Shown: piece by piece, positions 16,885-25,527 of the stretch | How positions within the stretch are numbered: position 1 is the first letter of the stretch | How the letters are laid out: every line of letters starts with the position of its first letter | The notes under the pieces: model-generated | Told to the model about the DNA's origin: nothing | What the model saw: the letters and a program-made list of their open reading frames with translations, nothing else | The model's database searches: none | Made by a program: the position numbers and the translations under genes | DNA from: a virus | Direction: 5' to 3' (one strand) | Length of the DNA: 37,451 nucleotides | IMG/VR virus record: IMGVR_UViG_3300045988_125650 | Span: 1-37,451 of that record

Positions 16885-17158
16885 ATCGCAGGAACTCACC
16901 GACTATGTTTTCAGCCTTGTCTATCAAGGCTGGACACTAGGTTGGAATATAGCGAAAATAAATAGATTTCTCGAGAAACCTCGTGGAGAAAAAGAAATTC
17001 TTATTTTCGAAGAATGGGAAGATTATCTCTTCTGTCAATCTGATGAAATTAAAGGTTTTCTGGACATAATCCAAGGTGGCATAGATTTTGATGAAATCTT
17101 AACTCGCATTGAAGATGAGGCAATTAGAGAAAAAGAAGAATTGGAACTTGAAATATAA
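16865..17158 (+). CDS. Hypothetical protein (start uncertain; ATG at 16865 inside the track ORF 16790-17158)
   Basis: The longer track ORF overlaps the upstream gene by 95 nt. The internal ATG at 16865 gives a 20-nt overlap. Confidence 0.35.
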   Translation: MRVVGNKSQELTDYVFSLVYQGWTLGWNIAKINRFLEKPRGEKEILIFEEWEDYLFCQSDEIKGFLDIIQGGIDFDEILTRIEDEAIREKEELELEI

Positions 17159-17169
17159 GGAGAATAACA

Positions 17170-17547
17170 ATGGGACAAACTAAAGCAGGAGCAATTAAAG
17201 CACGACAAAAAATTATTGAACTTTACGGCGAAGACTTTTACGCTAAAGTCGGCAGAAAAGGTGGTAAAAATGGGACTACTGGAGGGTTCGCAAAAGACCG
17301 TGAATTAGCCAGTAAAGCTGGAAGAATTGGTGGATTAAAATCAAGACGCACTGATGTAGCAAGTAAATTCGAAATGAACGGTGAAATTCTAACAGCGAAA
17401 GAATGGCAGAAGAAATTAAATGTCAACCTTGCAACCGTTTATTCTTACGCAAAAAAAGGTAAACTGAAAAAAGTCGAAGAAGGACGCAAGAAAATCAACG
17501 TAGTCGCAAGTGAAACAATCCACGCTATCAAGTTAAGGAGTGCTTAA
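17170..17547 (+). CDS. KGG-repeat (stress-induced/Con-10-like) protein with a C-terminal HTH-like segment
   Basis: Repeated GRKGG / KAGRIGG motifs typical of the KGG stress-protein repeat. C-terminus LTAKEWQKKLNVNLATVYSYAKKG is HTH-like. RBS AAGGAGAATAACAATG. Confidence 0.45.
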   Translation: MGQTKAGAIKARQKIIELYGEDFYAKVGRKGGKNGTTGGFAKDRELASKAGRIGGLKSRRTDVASKFEMNGEILTAKEWQKKLNVNLATVYSYAKKGKLKKVEEGRKKINVVASETIHAIKLRSA

Positions 17548-17768
17548 TGGGAAAATCTAAAAGACTGTATCAAATTCCAGTAGGAAGAGAAATCGAGGAC
17601 AATCAAAATACACGTTGGAAAATAGTTAAACATATATCGCCCTTTACCAAACTGAAAAACGGTGAAATGGTCGCATATATTGACATTATGGAGGAACTCT
17701 TACTTACTGACGACAATCTTTATAGAATAGAAGCAGATTTATCAAAATTTCAAACCAGTATTAAATAA
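17547..17768 (+). CDS. Hypothetical protein (73 aa)
   Basis: Translationally coupled (TAATGG). Confidence 0.4.
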   Translation: MGKSKRLYQIPVGREIEDNQNTRWKIVKHISPFTKLKNGEMVAYIDIMEELLLTDDNLYRIEADLSKFQTSIK

Positions 17769-17779
17769 GGAGAATAACA

Positions 17780-18445
17780 ATGTTTAAAAACAATTCAAAT
17801 AGTATGAAAAAAGAAGTTAAAGAAGTTTATAGGATTTCAGATGTTTCTAACAGTGAAAGCGAAGCTAAAAAGGAAATCATTCAAAAACTCGACAAGGAAG
17901 CACAAAAAATCTCAGAAAAAATTCACGATGATATGATTGAATTCCACGAAAAAATGATTAAAAAATACGGAGAAAACTATCGTGGAACAAATATTATGTG
18001 CTCAGTCGTAATCAACAGTGGCAAAGGAATTAGAACCCTTGCGAACGCTAACTTTGCCGACTATACTCTAAAATCTCAAAAGGAAGTTAAAAAAGTTATT
18101 GAATCGCTCGCATTCATTGCTGAAAAGGTGGGCGAAAAAATCCAAGCTCAAGCTGATATAGACTTTAAACAATCTGAAGAAGACATCAATATGGAGAAAG
18201 CTCATAAAATCGCAGATGGCGTGATTGGTATCGTAAACTTTTCAAAGGAATTTTTCGGAGAAAAAGTCTATATTAAAATGAGTAAAAAAGGTTATCTTGA
18301 CCCTTACGGAATGATAGATTTTAACAATAAAAAAGCTTTTGATTTCGTGAAGAAACTTCTTGATAAGAAAAGTGCTTATGAACGAGAGGAATTCTGGGAC
18401 ACTCTTAAGAGTAAATTCAAGGAAGTTATGAGTATAGATGTTTAA
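17780..18445 (+). CDS. Hypothetical protein (221 aa)
   Basis: RBS AAGGAGAATAACAATG. Confidence 0.5.
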   Translation: MFKNNSNSMKKEVKEVYRISDVSNSESEAKKEIIQKLDKEAQKISEKIHDDMIEFHEKMIKKYGENYRGTNIMCSVVINSGKGIRTLANANFADYTLKSQKEVKKVIESLAFIAEKVGEKIQAQADIDFKQSEEDINMEKAHKIADGVIGIVNFSKEFFGEKVYIKMSKKGYLDPYGMIDFNNKKAFDFVKKLLDKKSAYEREEFWDTLKSKFKEVMSIDV

Positions 18446-19019
18446 ACTAAAACTCAGTCAATCTCTCATAAATATGTGGCTTGCTGGGAGAAAAAGCGAA
18501 GTTATCGAGAGCCTTTTCGGTAAATGGCAACCACCAAATCAATATCAAAAATTCGGTATTGAACAACACGAAAAATGGGAGCAAGAAGTTAATGAAACTC
18601 ATTGTCTCCCAGCCGTGTTCGGTGGAGAAAAACTTCATAACCCCCAAACCGAAGTCTATCGAAAAATTAAACTCGCAGACTGGCTCTGGTATTCTGGAAT
18701 TACAGACTTAATCGACAATGAAATTCTTTACGATTACAAGACTGGAAAAACTCGAGCTAACGCATATGTAAAAAATATTCAAGTTGGAAGTTATGGATTA
18801 TTATTCCCAGAAGCAAAAGCCTTTAAATACTTATGTTGGAACCAGTATAATGACACAATCACAGAGGCAACAATTCTCATAACCGAAGAACTAAAAACTG
18901 AAACCATTGATAAAATTCTAACTGTCGCTTGTGATATTCGTGCTGAAATGGAGAGATTAGGATATACTAACTTTAATAACGTTGATAAACCCTTAAAAGA
19001 AAGTGAGATTAAAAAATGA
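18438..19019 (+). CDS. PD-(D/E)xK family nuclease (RecB/Cas4-like exonuclease), probable partner of ERF
   Basis: Motifs GITDLID ... EILYDYKTGK ... QVGSYGLL (D, ExK, QxxxY), recalled from memory. Confidence 0.45.
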   Translation: MFKLKLSQSLINMWLAGRKSEVIESLFGKWQPPNQYQKFGIEQHEKWEQEVNETHCLPAVFGGEKLHNPQTEVYRKIKLADWLWYSGITDLIDNEILYDYKTGKTRANAYVKNIQVGSYGLLFPEAKAFKYLCWNQYNDTITEATILITEELKTETIDKILTVACDIRAEMERLGYTNFNNVDKPLKESEIKK

Positions 19020-19213
19020 CATTCGCAGGACTATTAGGTAAAACCTTGGCAATCGCAGTCATCATAACGATTATTGGAATTGTTCTATCAATCCTTATTG
19101 ATGTGATAACTTTAAGCTTTGCTAACGCAGTTATTAAACTTTTAATTCTCTTTACTATTGGATTGTTTATCACTATTTTTGCAGGTGCATATAATCTAAC
19201 AAAAGGACATTAA
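19016..19213 (+). CDS. Small membrane protein (65 aa, 2 TM)
   Basis: Almost entirely hydrophobic. Coupled start (AAATGA). Confidence 0.4.
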   Translation: MTFAGLLGKTLAIAVIITIIGIVLSILIDVITLSFANAVIKLLILFTIGLFITIFAGAYNLTKGH

Positions 19214-19215
19214 AG

Positions 19216-19791
19216 ATGAAAACATATAGATTGCTCTGGGACTTACCTTTCGCAGAAGCAGGTGAAATCTTCACTCGAGGAACAGACCTAAGAAATGGGA
19301 TTGACTATATCGAGATATATAAAAAGGCAAATCCAGAAGATTACGAAGAAACTTGTTTTGGTTTTAAAATGAACTTCTTCCTTGATAATTTTGATGAATG
19401 GTTCGAGGAACTACCAGACCTTAATGAATACTTTTATATAACTGATGATGGTAAAGTAGATTTCGTGGTGGAAGAAAATCACAATCTCAGCAAACGCAGA
19501 AAGGAAATCGGAAATATCTTCAGAAGTCAAGAAGAAACTGAAAAACATATAGCCTACCTAAAAGCGGAAACAATCCTTAAAGAAGACACAAAAGGTTATA
19601 AGCCTGATTGGGGAAATGAAGATGAGCCTAAATATTCTGCTTATTTTAATACTCGCCGTGGCGAACCAGATTTTGACAGTGTTTATGTGGAGAAACAACC
19701 AACAATATATTTTAGAAATATAAAACAAATTGAAGAAAGCTTTAAAAAACACCCAGAAGAATGGAAGACATATCTGACTTATGGACAATAA
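19216..19791 (+). CDS. Hypothetical protein (191 aa)
   Basis: Start 3 nt after the upstream stop. Confidence 0.45.
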   Translation: MKTYRLLWDLPFAEAGEIFTRGTDLRNGIDYIEIYKKANPEDYEETCFGFKMNFFLDNFDEWFEELPDLNEYFYITDDGKVDFVVEENHNLSKRRKEIGNIFRSQEETEKHIAYLKAETILKEDTKGYKPDWGNEDEPKYSAYFNTRRGEPDFDSVYVEKQPTIYFRNIKQIEESFKKHPEEWKTYLTYGQ

Positions 19792-20095
19792 GCAACTCGA
19801 AAGAAAGTTAATTAGATTATTAAGGCAGGAAAGGAAGCAAAAAATGAAACAACCTACTAACAAGGAACTTTTAGAAATAGTGGCAATTCTTGCAGAGCTA
19901 ACTTCAGAAATAGTTAAAGAAAATCGCACATATTTGAACTATCTTAAAAATCCTCCAGAAACGAGGGCGGAAAAGTGGGAACAAGAAGATAAACTTATGG
20001 AGATAAGTAAAAGAGTGAATTTCCTTTGTGGGAAATCGCAAGGCCTCGTATTGAGACATAAGGATTTATTGAACTTAGAAATACTCGGAGAATAA
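19781..20095 (+). CDS. Hypothetical protein (104 aa)
   Basis: Overlapping start. Confidence 0.4.
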   Translation: MDNKQLERKLIRLLRQERKQKMKQPTNKELLEIVAILAELTSEIVKENRTYLNYLKNPPETRAEKWEQEDKLMEISKRVNFLCGKSQGLVLRHKDLLNLEILGE

Positions 20096-20187
20096 GAATG
20101 TTAAACACAGCACAAAAGTGGGATTTTAAAAAGCAAGAATACGAAGATTATGAATTGCCAGAAGATTGTCCTTTAATTCCTTAAAAT

Positions 20188-20346
20188 ATGGCACAAATCA
20201 TAAACTGTGCGAATTGTAGGAAAAAAGTTGAATTTGGAGATTGCTATTGTAGTAAAACAATTCATAATAATTGGGGTTTTGGCTTTCCAGTATGTGAAGA
20301 ATGTTATAACAAGGAGCTAGAAGATGAAAGAGTTTATCAAAAATAA
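20188..20346 (+). CDS. Small zinc-ribbon protein (52 aa; CxxC...CxC...CxxC), not in the ORF track (<60 aa)
   Basis: Read manually: MAQIINCANCRKKVEFGDCYCSKTIHNNWGFGFPVCEECYNKELEDERVYQK. Four Cys pairs. Confidence 0.35.
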   Translation: MAQIINCANCRKKVEFGDCYCSKTIHNNWGFGFPVCEECYNKELEDERVYQK

Positions 20347-20530
20347 AAGACAAACTGTAATTAGAACTTTAATATTCATATTGTTTGTTTTACCGTCTAT
20401 TGTTTTTTCATACTTGGCACTATTCGGAATTAACGTGAACAATAATCAAGGTTCTGCTTCATTCGTCTTAATGTTTATTGGCTTAATATCTATGGTAATT
20501 TCTAAACTCTCAGAATTGGAGACAAGATGA
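20324..20530 (+). CDS. Small membrane protein (68 aa, 2 TM)
   Basis: RBS AAGGAGCTAGAAGATG. Hydrophobic helices. Confidence 0.4.
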   Translation: MKEFIKNKRQTVIRTLIFILFVLPSIVFSYLALFGINVNNNQGSASFVLMFIGLISMVISKLSELETR

Positions 20531-20880
20531 ATTTCGATGAATACCAAAAAATAGCAATTCAATTTGATACTGCAAAATTAGCAATCACTGAAAAAGAACG
20601 TTATGACGGCTATATGGAGAAAGTTCTCGGCTTAGCTGGAGAAACTGGCGAAGTTATCGAGAAAATCAAAAAGCTATTACGAGATAAAAATGATGTTTTT
20701 AGTCTAACTCACGAAGAGCAAGTAGCACTCAAAAAAGAGCTTGGAGACGTGTTATGGTATCTTTCTGCAATCGCTTATTATAATGATTTTAGCTTGGAAA
20801 AAATCGCAACAGCTAACATCGATAAATTGATATGCCGAAGCGCACGTGGCAAAATTCACGGCAGTGGAGACAATCGCTAA
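20527..20880 (+). CDS. mazG: MazG-like nucleoside triphosphate pyrophosphohydrolase
   Basis: 117 aa. Motifs LGLAGETGEVIEKIKK and ELGDVLWYL typical of the MazG/NTP-PPase all-alpha fold. Confidence 0.7.
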   Translation: MNFDEYQKIAIQFDTAKLAITEKERYDGYMEKVLGLAGETGEVIEKIKKLLRDKNDVFSLTHEEQVALKKELGDVLWYLSAIAYYNDFSLEKIATANIDKLICRSARGKIHGSGDNR

Positions 20881-21038
20881 AATTCGCCCTACCATATGGC
20901 GTAAAACTGGGTGAAGTATTAAAAAACTTCTGTAATAAATTTTATACAATCTTGAGTATAACTAAAATACTAACTAAGAATAGTTTAGCTCTTGCCTAAA
21001 GGTTATGCTCAAGGTTTCACGAATAAAAGGAGAATAAA

Positions 21039-21290
21039 ATGGAATACGAGAAACCTAAAAAATATGGAAAAATTTTAGTAAAAAATGGAACTTATACTGA
21101 CAAAAATGGAAACACTAAAAATCGCTATCACGAGATTGGAATTGTTTTTGCAACTGAAGATATGGAGCGAATTAGCGTGAAATTCCACAATACACAAAAC
21201 GGCGAAGGACAATGGGCATATATCTTTAAAGATGAAGAAAAAGATTTCGGTGAAAAAGTAAATCTTGATGAAATTAAAGGAGTGTTTTAA
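21039..21290 (+). CDS. Hypothetical protein (83 aa)
   Basis: RBS AAAAGGAGAATAAAATG. Confidence 0.5.
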   Translation: MEYEKPKKYGKILVKNGTYTDKNGNTKNRYHEIGIVFATEDMERISVKFHNTQNGEGQWAYIFKDEEKDFGEKVNLDEIKGVF

Positions 21291-21296
21291 TTATTG

Positions 21297-21509
21297 ATGA
21301 AAGGTGAAACTAAAGCACAAGGGTGGGCATTAAAATCTGGAGCAAAAGGACGCCCTAGTCCAGAAACGTTAAGGGAGCTGGGACTAAAAGTCGCTCAATA
21401 TTCAAAGGAGCACGGCATAGGCTTTAACAATCCAGAAACAGCAGAAAAAGCTCGACTAAAAGGACTTGAAACTCGCCGAAGGAACGCTAAGCTGAAAAAA
21501 TCAAAATAA
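21297..21509 (+). CDS. Small basic protein (70 aa), possible nucleic-acid binding
   Basis: Lys/Arg-rich. ATG at 21297 (track start is TTG 21294). Confidence 0.4.
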   Translation: MKGETKAQGWALKSGAKGRPSPETLRELGLKVAQYSKEHGIGFNNPETAEKARLKGLETRRRNAKLKKSK

Positions 21510-21514
21510 GAGAA

Positions 21515-21535
21515 CACCCCTAAAAGGGTGTTTTT
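21515..21535 (+). terminator. Intrinsic terminator (CACCCC-TAAAA-GGGTG + TTTTT)
   Basis: Hairpin followed by a U-run, directly after the stop at 21509. Confidence 0.6.
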
Positions 21536-21586
21536 CTTTATAAATGAAAAAAGTCTAAAAAAGTATAAAAAAGTCTAAAAAAACTA

Positions 21587-21615
21587 TTGACTTTTATCGT
21601 GTAAAAATATATAAT
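21587..21615 (+). promoter_or_regulatory. Early promoter copy 4: TTGACT, 17 bp, TATAAT, plus conserved leader
   Basis: Near-identical cassette. Preceded by three AGTCTAAAAAA/AGTATAAAAAA repeats. Confidence 0.6.
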
Positions 21616-21657
21616 AGTAATATAAATAAATAATACATACGAAGGAAAGGAAATAGT

Positions 21658-21909
21658 ATGGAAGAAGCAAAATATTACGCACAAATTATCGACAGCATTA
21701 TCACTGGAGTAAAAGAAACTTACTCAAATAAATTGACTATTGATAATTCATCATTGAAAGCTTTAGTTATTGAATGGGGTGGAGATGAAGATTACTTTTA
21801 CGACATCGAAGCTCGAGTAAATTGGAACGAAGATGAAACAGTATCAATCAATCATCTACTAAAAGAATTGGAATATCACAAAGAACTTTATGAAATGGAG
21901 CTAAAATAA
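21658..21909 (+). CDS. Hypothetical protein (83 aa)
   Basis: Conserved leader RBS AAGGAAAGGAAATAGTATG. Confidence 0.5.
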   Translation: MEEAKYYAQIIDSIITGVKETYSNKLTIDNSSLKALVIEWGGDEDYFYDIEARVNWNEDETVSINHLLKELEYHKELYEMELK

Positions 21910-22226
21910 TGGACTTTGAATTTAAAACTAAAGTAAATGATTATTTTCTATTCGTAGAAAAAGAATACGGAGATACACCTAAAGTTGCAGAAATCTCTAT
22001 AACGGCACTTTACCAAGGACACCTAAAATCTTTTGGAAATAATCCTTATGGTCAAGCCGAACTAAATATCGCTCTAAACTATGGAATATGGAGAAACTGT
22101 AAAACTAACGAAGAATTAGCTAAAATCTATGACAAATTATGGAAAGAACACAATGACTATATCTTCAATGAATTGTTTAAAGAAGATAAAGAAAAATTGG
22201 AAACTTTCATTAAAATTACAGACTAA
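21909..22226 (+). CDS. Hypothetical protein (105 aa)
   Basis: Coupled start (TAATGG). Confidence 0.45.
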   Translation: MDFEFKTKVNDYFLFVEKEYGDTPKVAEISITALYQGHLKSFGNNPYGQAELNIALNYGIWRNCKTNEELAKIYDKLWKEHNDYIFNELFKEDKEKLETFIKITD

Positions 22227-22248
22227 CAAATAACAAGGAGAAATAACA

Positions 22249-23229
22249 ATGACTAAACAACAGAAATCACAAGGTTTTGGAATTTTATTAGATGAAATCA
22301 ATAACGCTATCGAAGGACAAATCACAGAAAAACTATTAGAAGCAAAAAAGGAAATTCAAGCTGAATTAGATAAGCTACACTCACAGCAACCAACCGTAGT
22401 TATTCAAGGTCGCAAAAAAACTCAAATCAAGGGACTAAAGCATAAACAGCTGGACACCTTACTAAAAGTAGTTGGAATTGACCAGAACGCTTTACTCGTA
22501 GGTTCAGCGGGTAGTGGAAAAACTAAAGCTGGACAACAAGTAGCAGAAGCCCTAAAATTGGACTTTTACGCTATCAGTGTCGGCTCACAAACTTCAAAGT
22601 CGGACATTCTGGGCTATATGGATGCAAAGGGAGAATATGTTCAAACTGAATTTCGCAAGGCATATGAAAAAGGTGGGGTCTTCCTTATGGATGAAATTGA
22701 TGCAGGAAACTCAAATGTTTTGATTGTCTTAAACTCAGCCTTAGCGAACGGACTTTGTGCATTCCCAGACAAAATGGTAGAAAAACACAAGGACTTTCGT
22801 TTTATTGGAACCGCTAACACCTACGGAAATGGAGCAAATCGCCAGTATGTTGGTCGCAATCAGCTGGACAGTGCAACTCTCGACCGCTTTACTATCATTG
22901 ACTGGGAGATTGATGAAACTCTTGAGAAAAATCTCATTAGCTCATATGAAAGTGGAGAATATTGGCACGCAGTCATTAAGAAAATTCGAGACTATATTAA
23001 AAGGAATGAAATCAGAGCTATTGTTTCGCCACGTGCTACAATGAAAGGTGTTCAACTCTTAGGGCTTGGCTTTACTTTAGAAGAAACCTTGGAAATGTGT
23101 GTTTTTGGACAAGTTCCAGAAGATAAAATTCACAATGTTCGAAAAGAAGCTCAATCCGTGCCTAAACCTAAACACAAGGAAAAGCAAGAAGAAAAGAAAG
23201 AAGTTGAAGATTACCAGCTACCTTTCTAA
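22249..23229 (+). CDS. MoxR-like AAA+ ATPase (AAA_5/CbbQ-type)
   Basis: Walker A LLVGSAGSGKT, Walker B VFLMDEID, sensor TANTYGN and arginine finger. Single AAA+ module with an N-terminal extension. Confidence 0.75.
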   Translation: MTKQQKSQGFGILLDEINNAIEGQITEKLLEAKKEIQAELDKLHSQQPTVVIQGRKKTQIKGLKHKQLDTLLKVVGIDQNALLVGSAGSGKTKAGQQVAEALKLDFYAISVGSQTSKSDILGYMDAKGEYVQTEFRKAYEKGGVFLMDEIDAGNSNVLIVLNSALANGLCAFPDKMVEKHKDFRFIGTANTYGNGANRQYVGRNQLDSATLDRFTIIDWEIDETLEKNLISSYESGEYWHAVIKKIRDYIKRNEIRAIVSPRATMKGVQLLGLGFTLEETLEMCVFGQVPEDKIHNVRKEAQSVPKPKHKEKQEEKKEVEDYQLPF

Positions 23230-23244
23230 ATAAGGAGAAAAACA

Positions 23245-24195
23245 ATGATAGACTTATTAGCAAAAGCTACAGATGACACTCATCATCACCCAGAATATAA
23301 GTTATCGTGGGGCTATCTCGAAGAAGATAAAGAAGATGAAAACTTCGATAGAGAGGATACTGGCTTTTACACGAGAGAAGAAGAAATATTCGTTAAGGCC
23401 AAAGGATTAAATAATTTTATTCGTGCAATCCTTGATGATGACAAAAATCATTTCATAGGACAGAAAAATGAGCATAACTCAAGCCATAAACAAAAAGAAG
23501 CAGGCTTTAATTATTTCGACGATTGGGACAAATGCATTGATTGCTTTCTAAACAATCCCCTCTCATTGAAAGAATTCACGGAGAACGAAGAACAACTCAC
23601 AGAACACAATTCTTCTGGAAATAGTGTTGAATATGACAAAACTGGGGACTTCCTTGATGTATCAAAATTCTTAGGCGGAGATATGGATTGTTTCGGTAGT
23701 ATGACAGACGGAAATCTTCAAAATAGATATATGAATTTAATTATCACCATTGGAGGAAACGCAGGAATTACTAACGGAGAATTGCGAGCATACGCAGGAA
23801 TAATTCAAGAGATTGTGGACTTTCTGGAGAATAATAAAATTAGGTGTAAAGTGGAAGCATTCACCACGAACCAATGTTCCACACTTCAACTAACAGTCAA
23901 AGATTATGATGAACCTTTATCACTTTCAGACATTTTCGTTATCATGAACCCAGACTTTTTCCGCAGACTTCATTTTAGAGTTGCAGAGAGAAGCCCTACC
24001 ATTAACTGGAGTTATGGAGATGGAACTGTTGCACCATACATAGAAGCCCTTGCTGAAGAAAATACACCGACATTGTATTTTAAGAAAAGAAAATATTTCG
24101 GAGATATGGAAAAACTAAAAGAAGAAACCTACAAAGAAATCCAAAATGCTATTGATAACTGGGACAAAAACCCAACACCACTCATAACTTTATAG
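23245..24195 (+). CDS. Hypothetical protein (316 aa), probable functional partner of the MoxR-like ATPase
   Basis: Coupled to the ATPase gene (RBS AAGGAGAAAAACAATG 13 nt after its stop). No clear VWA MIDAS motif. Confidence 0.45.
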   Translation: MIDLLAKATDDTHHHPEYKLSWGYLEEDKEDENFDREDTGFYTREEEIFVKAKGLNNFIRAILDDDKNHFIGQKNEHNSSHKQKEAGFNYFDDWDKCIDCFLNNPLSLKEFTENEEQLTEHNSSGNSVEYDKTGDFLDVSKFLGGDMDCFGSMTDGNLQNRYMNLIITIGGNAGITNGELRAYAGIIQEIVDFLENNKIRCKVEAFTTNQCSTLQLTVKDYDEPLSLSDIFVIMNPDFFRRLHFRVAERSPTINWSYGDGTVAPYIEALAEENTPTLYFKKRKYFGDMEKLKEETYKEIQNAIDNWDKNPTPLITL

Positions 24196-24198
24196 AGT

Positions 24199-24227
24199 GG
24201 TGTAATTTTTTATTTGTGTGATATACT
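24199..24227 (+). promoter_or_regulatory. Candidate promoter: GTGTAA ... TG-A-TATACT (shared motif TGTGATATACTTAAA), copy 1
   Basis: Extended -10-like box; the same 15-mer recurs at 31040-31054 upstream of the portal gene. Confidence 0.35.
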
Positions 24228-24264
24228 TAAAACATAATATTAAATTAAAAAGGAAAAATCTAAA

Positions 24265-24561
24265 ATGGACAACAAACAGCGGAAAAATCCGGATTTTCCT
24301 ACGAACTGCAAAATATGCGGTGGAATTTTAGACCCCCTACCATATTTTAATGACGTGAATGCTTATGAAGATGAGCAAGGAAGATTTTGCAAAGTATTAG
24401 CACGCTTTCCTAACGGAGAGCCACGAACCTTTGAATACACTTTAGCTTGCAGGAACAATCCTAACGAACACCCACAACTAAAAGTTGTTGAAACACCTTG
24501 CGTGGGTTTCAGAAGTGTCATTCGAGCAGATAAATATGATGTCAATAAATTAAAAATATAG
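24265..24561 (+). CDS. Zinc-finger protein (98 aa; CKICGG ... C..C)
   Basis: Cys pairs at the N-terminus plus internal Cys residues. Confidence 0.45.
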   Translation: MDNKQRKNPDFPTNCKICGGILDPLPYFNDVNAYEDEQGRFCKVLARFPNGEPRTFEYTLACRNNPNEHPQLKVVETPCVGFRSVIRADKYDVNKLKI

Positions 24562-24656
24562 CTATAACGCTGATAATCGCGTTCTAAGCGAAGATAAGTC
24601 AAAAGATATATTCGCTATCATCTTTTAAGTTAAAACGCCGTAGAACGCAAGGAAAC
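24557..24656 (+). repeat. Dispersed composite repeat, copy 5 (intergenic, upstream of the modification-like operon)
   Basis: TATAGCTATAACGCTGATAATCGCGTTCTAAGCGAAGATAAG ... AAAACGCCGTAGAACGCAAGGAAACGAGG. Confidence 0.6.
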
Positions 24657-24667
24657 GAGGAATAACA

Positions 24668-24952
24668 ATGAATAAAGAACAAGCAGAGAAATTTATTTCT
24701 AAACAAAAGTGGATTTTCGCTAAGACTTACGCTAAAACTGCACCACACGAGTATATAATGGTATTCCCTAACTCACCACACCGAAAGGAAGCCGAAGAGT
24801 TCTATCAGTTAATTCAAAAAGACGGCTATGTAAAAAAATTCTTCACCAAGGAATACAAATACATAGACATCGCTGGCTATAAATACTGGACAATGATCAG
24901 CAAAGATGGCTTTAATAAGGATTGGTCAATCAATAGGGAACCGTTAAAATGA
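24668..24952 (+). CDS. Hypothetical protein (94 aa), first gene of the modification-like operon
   Basis: RBS (G)AGGAATAACAATG. Stop overlaps the next start (AAATGAAAATC). Confidence 0.5.
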   Translation: MNKEQAEKFISKQKWIFAKTYAKTAPHEYIMVFPNSPHRKEAEEFYQLIQKDGYVKKFFTKEYKYIDIAGYKYWTMISKDGFNKDWSINREPLK

Positions 24953-25506
24953 AAATCATAGTCAAAGCAGTCAAAGAACGAGAACCATATGTAAATATCA
25001 TCAAGCAGGAAATTCCAGAAGTCATAGTTGTCTGGGACAAAAAAAAGGATGCAATGGACACTTATCTTCGAGCATTAAAAACAGCAGGAGATGAAGCAAC
25101 TATTCAGCTGGAAGATGATATTGAGCTAACCACAAATTTTACTCAAAAGGCAACTTCAATCATTTCAGAAGTCAAAGAAAAACACGGCGACATCGCTATT
25201 CAATTTTTCTCAATGAGAAAAGCGGACATTGAAATTGGAAGCAGACTAGAAAATGGAAGCTCATACTTAATGGCACAAGCCACCTACCTACCACCAGGAA
25301 TGGCAAAAGACTTCCTACAATGGACTAACAATATCAATTTGGAGGAATATGGCAATGGAGTAGATGAATTATTCGGAGATTATCTCAAATCAAACAAATT
25401 GAAATATTGGATTGCAGTTCCTTCATTAGTTCAACACCGAAAAATAAAATCAGCAATCGACCCAAGGCGTTCATCAGCCAGACAATCGAAAACCTTTCAG
25501 AAATAA
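24949..25506 (+). CDS. Putative GT-A-fold (family 25-like) glycosyltransferase-like protein (185 aa)
   Basis: N-terminus MKIIV...REPYVNIIKQ and a DxD-like LEDDIEL resemble the GT25/Lic2A family. Weak, from memory. Confidence 0.3.
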   Translation: MKIIVKAVKEREPYVNIIKQEIPEVIVVWDKKKDAMDTYLRALKTAGDEATIQLEDDIELTTNFTQKATSIISEVKEKHGDIAIQFFSMRKADIEIGSRLENGSSYLMAQATYLPPGMAKDFLQWTNNINLEEYGNGVDELFGDYLKSNKLKYWIAVPSLVQHRKIKSAIDPRRSSARQSKTFQK

Positions 25507-25527
25507 TAAGAAATAAGGAGAAATAAA

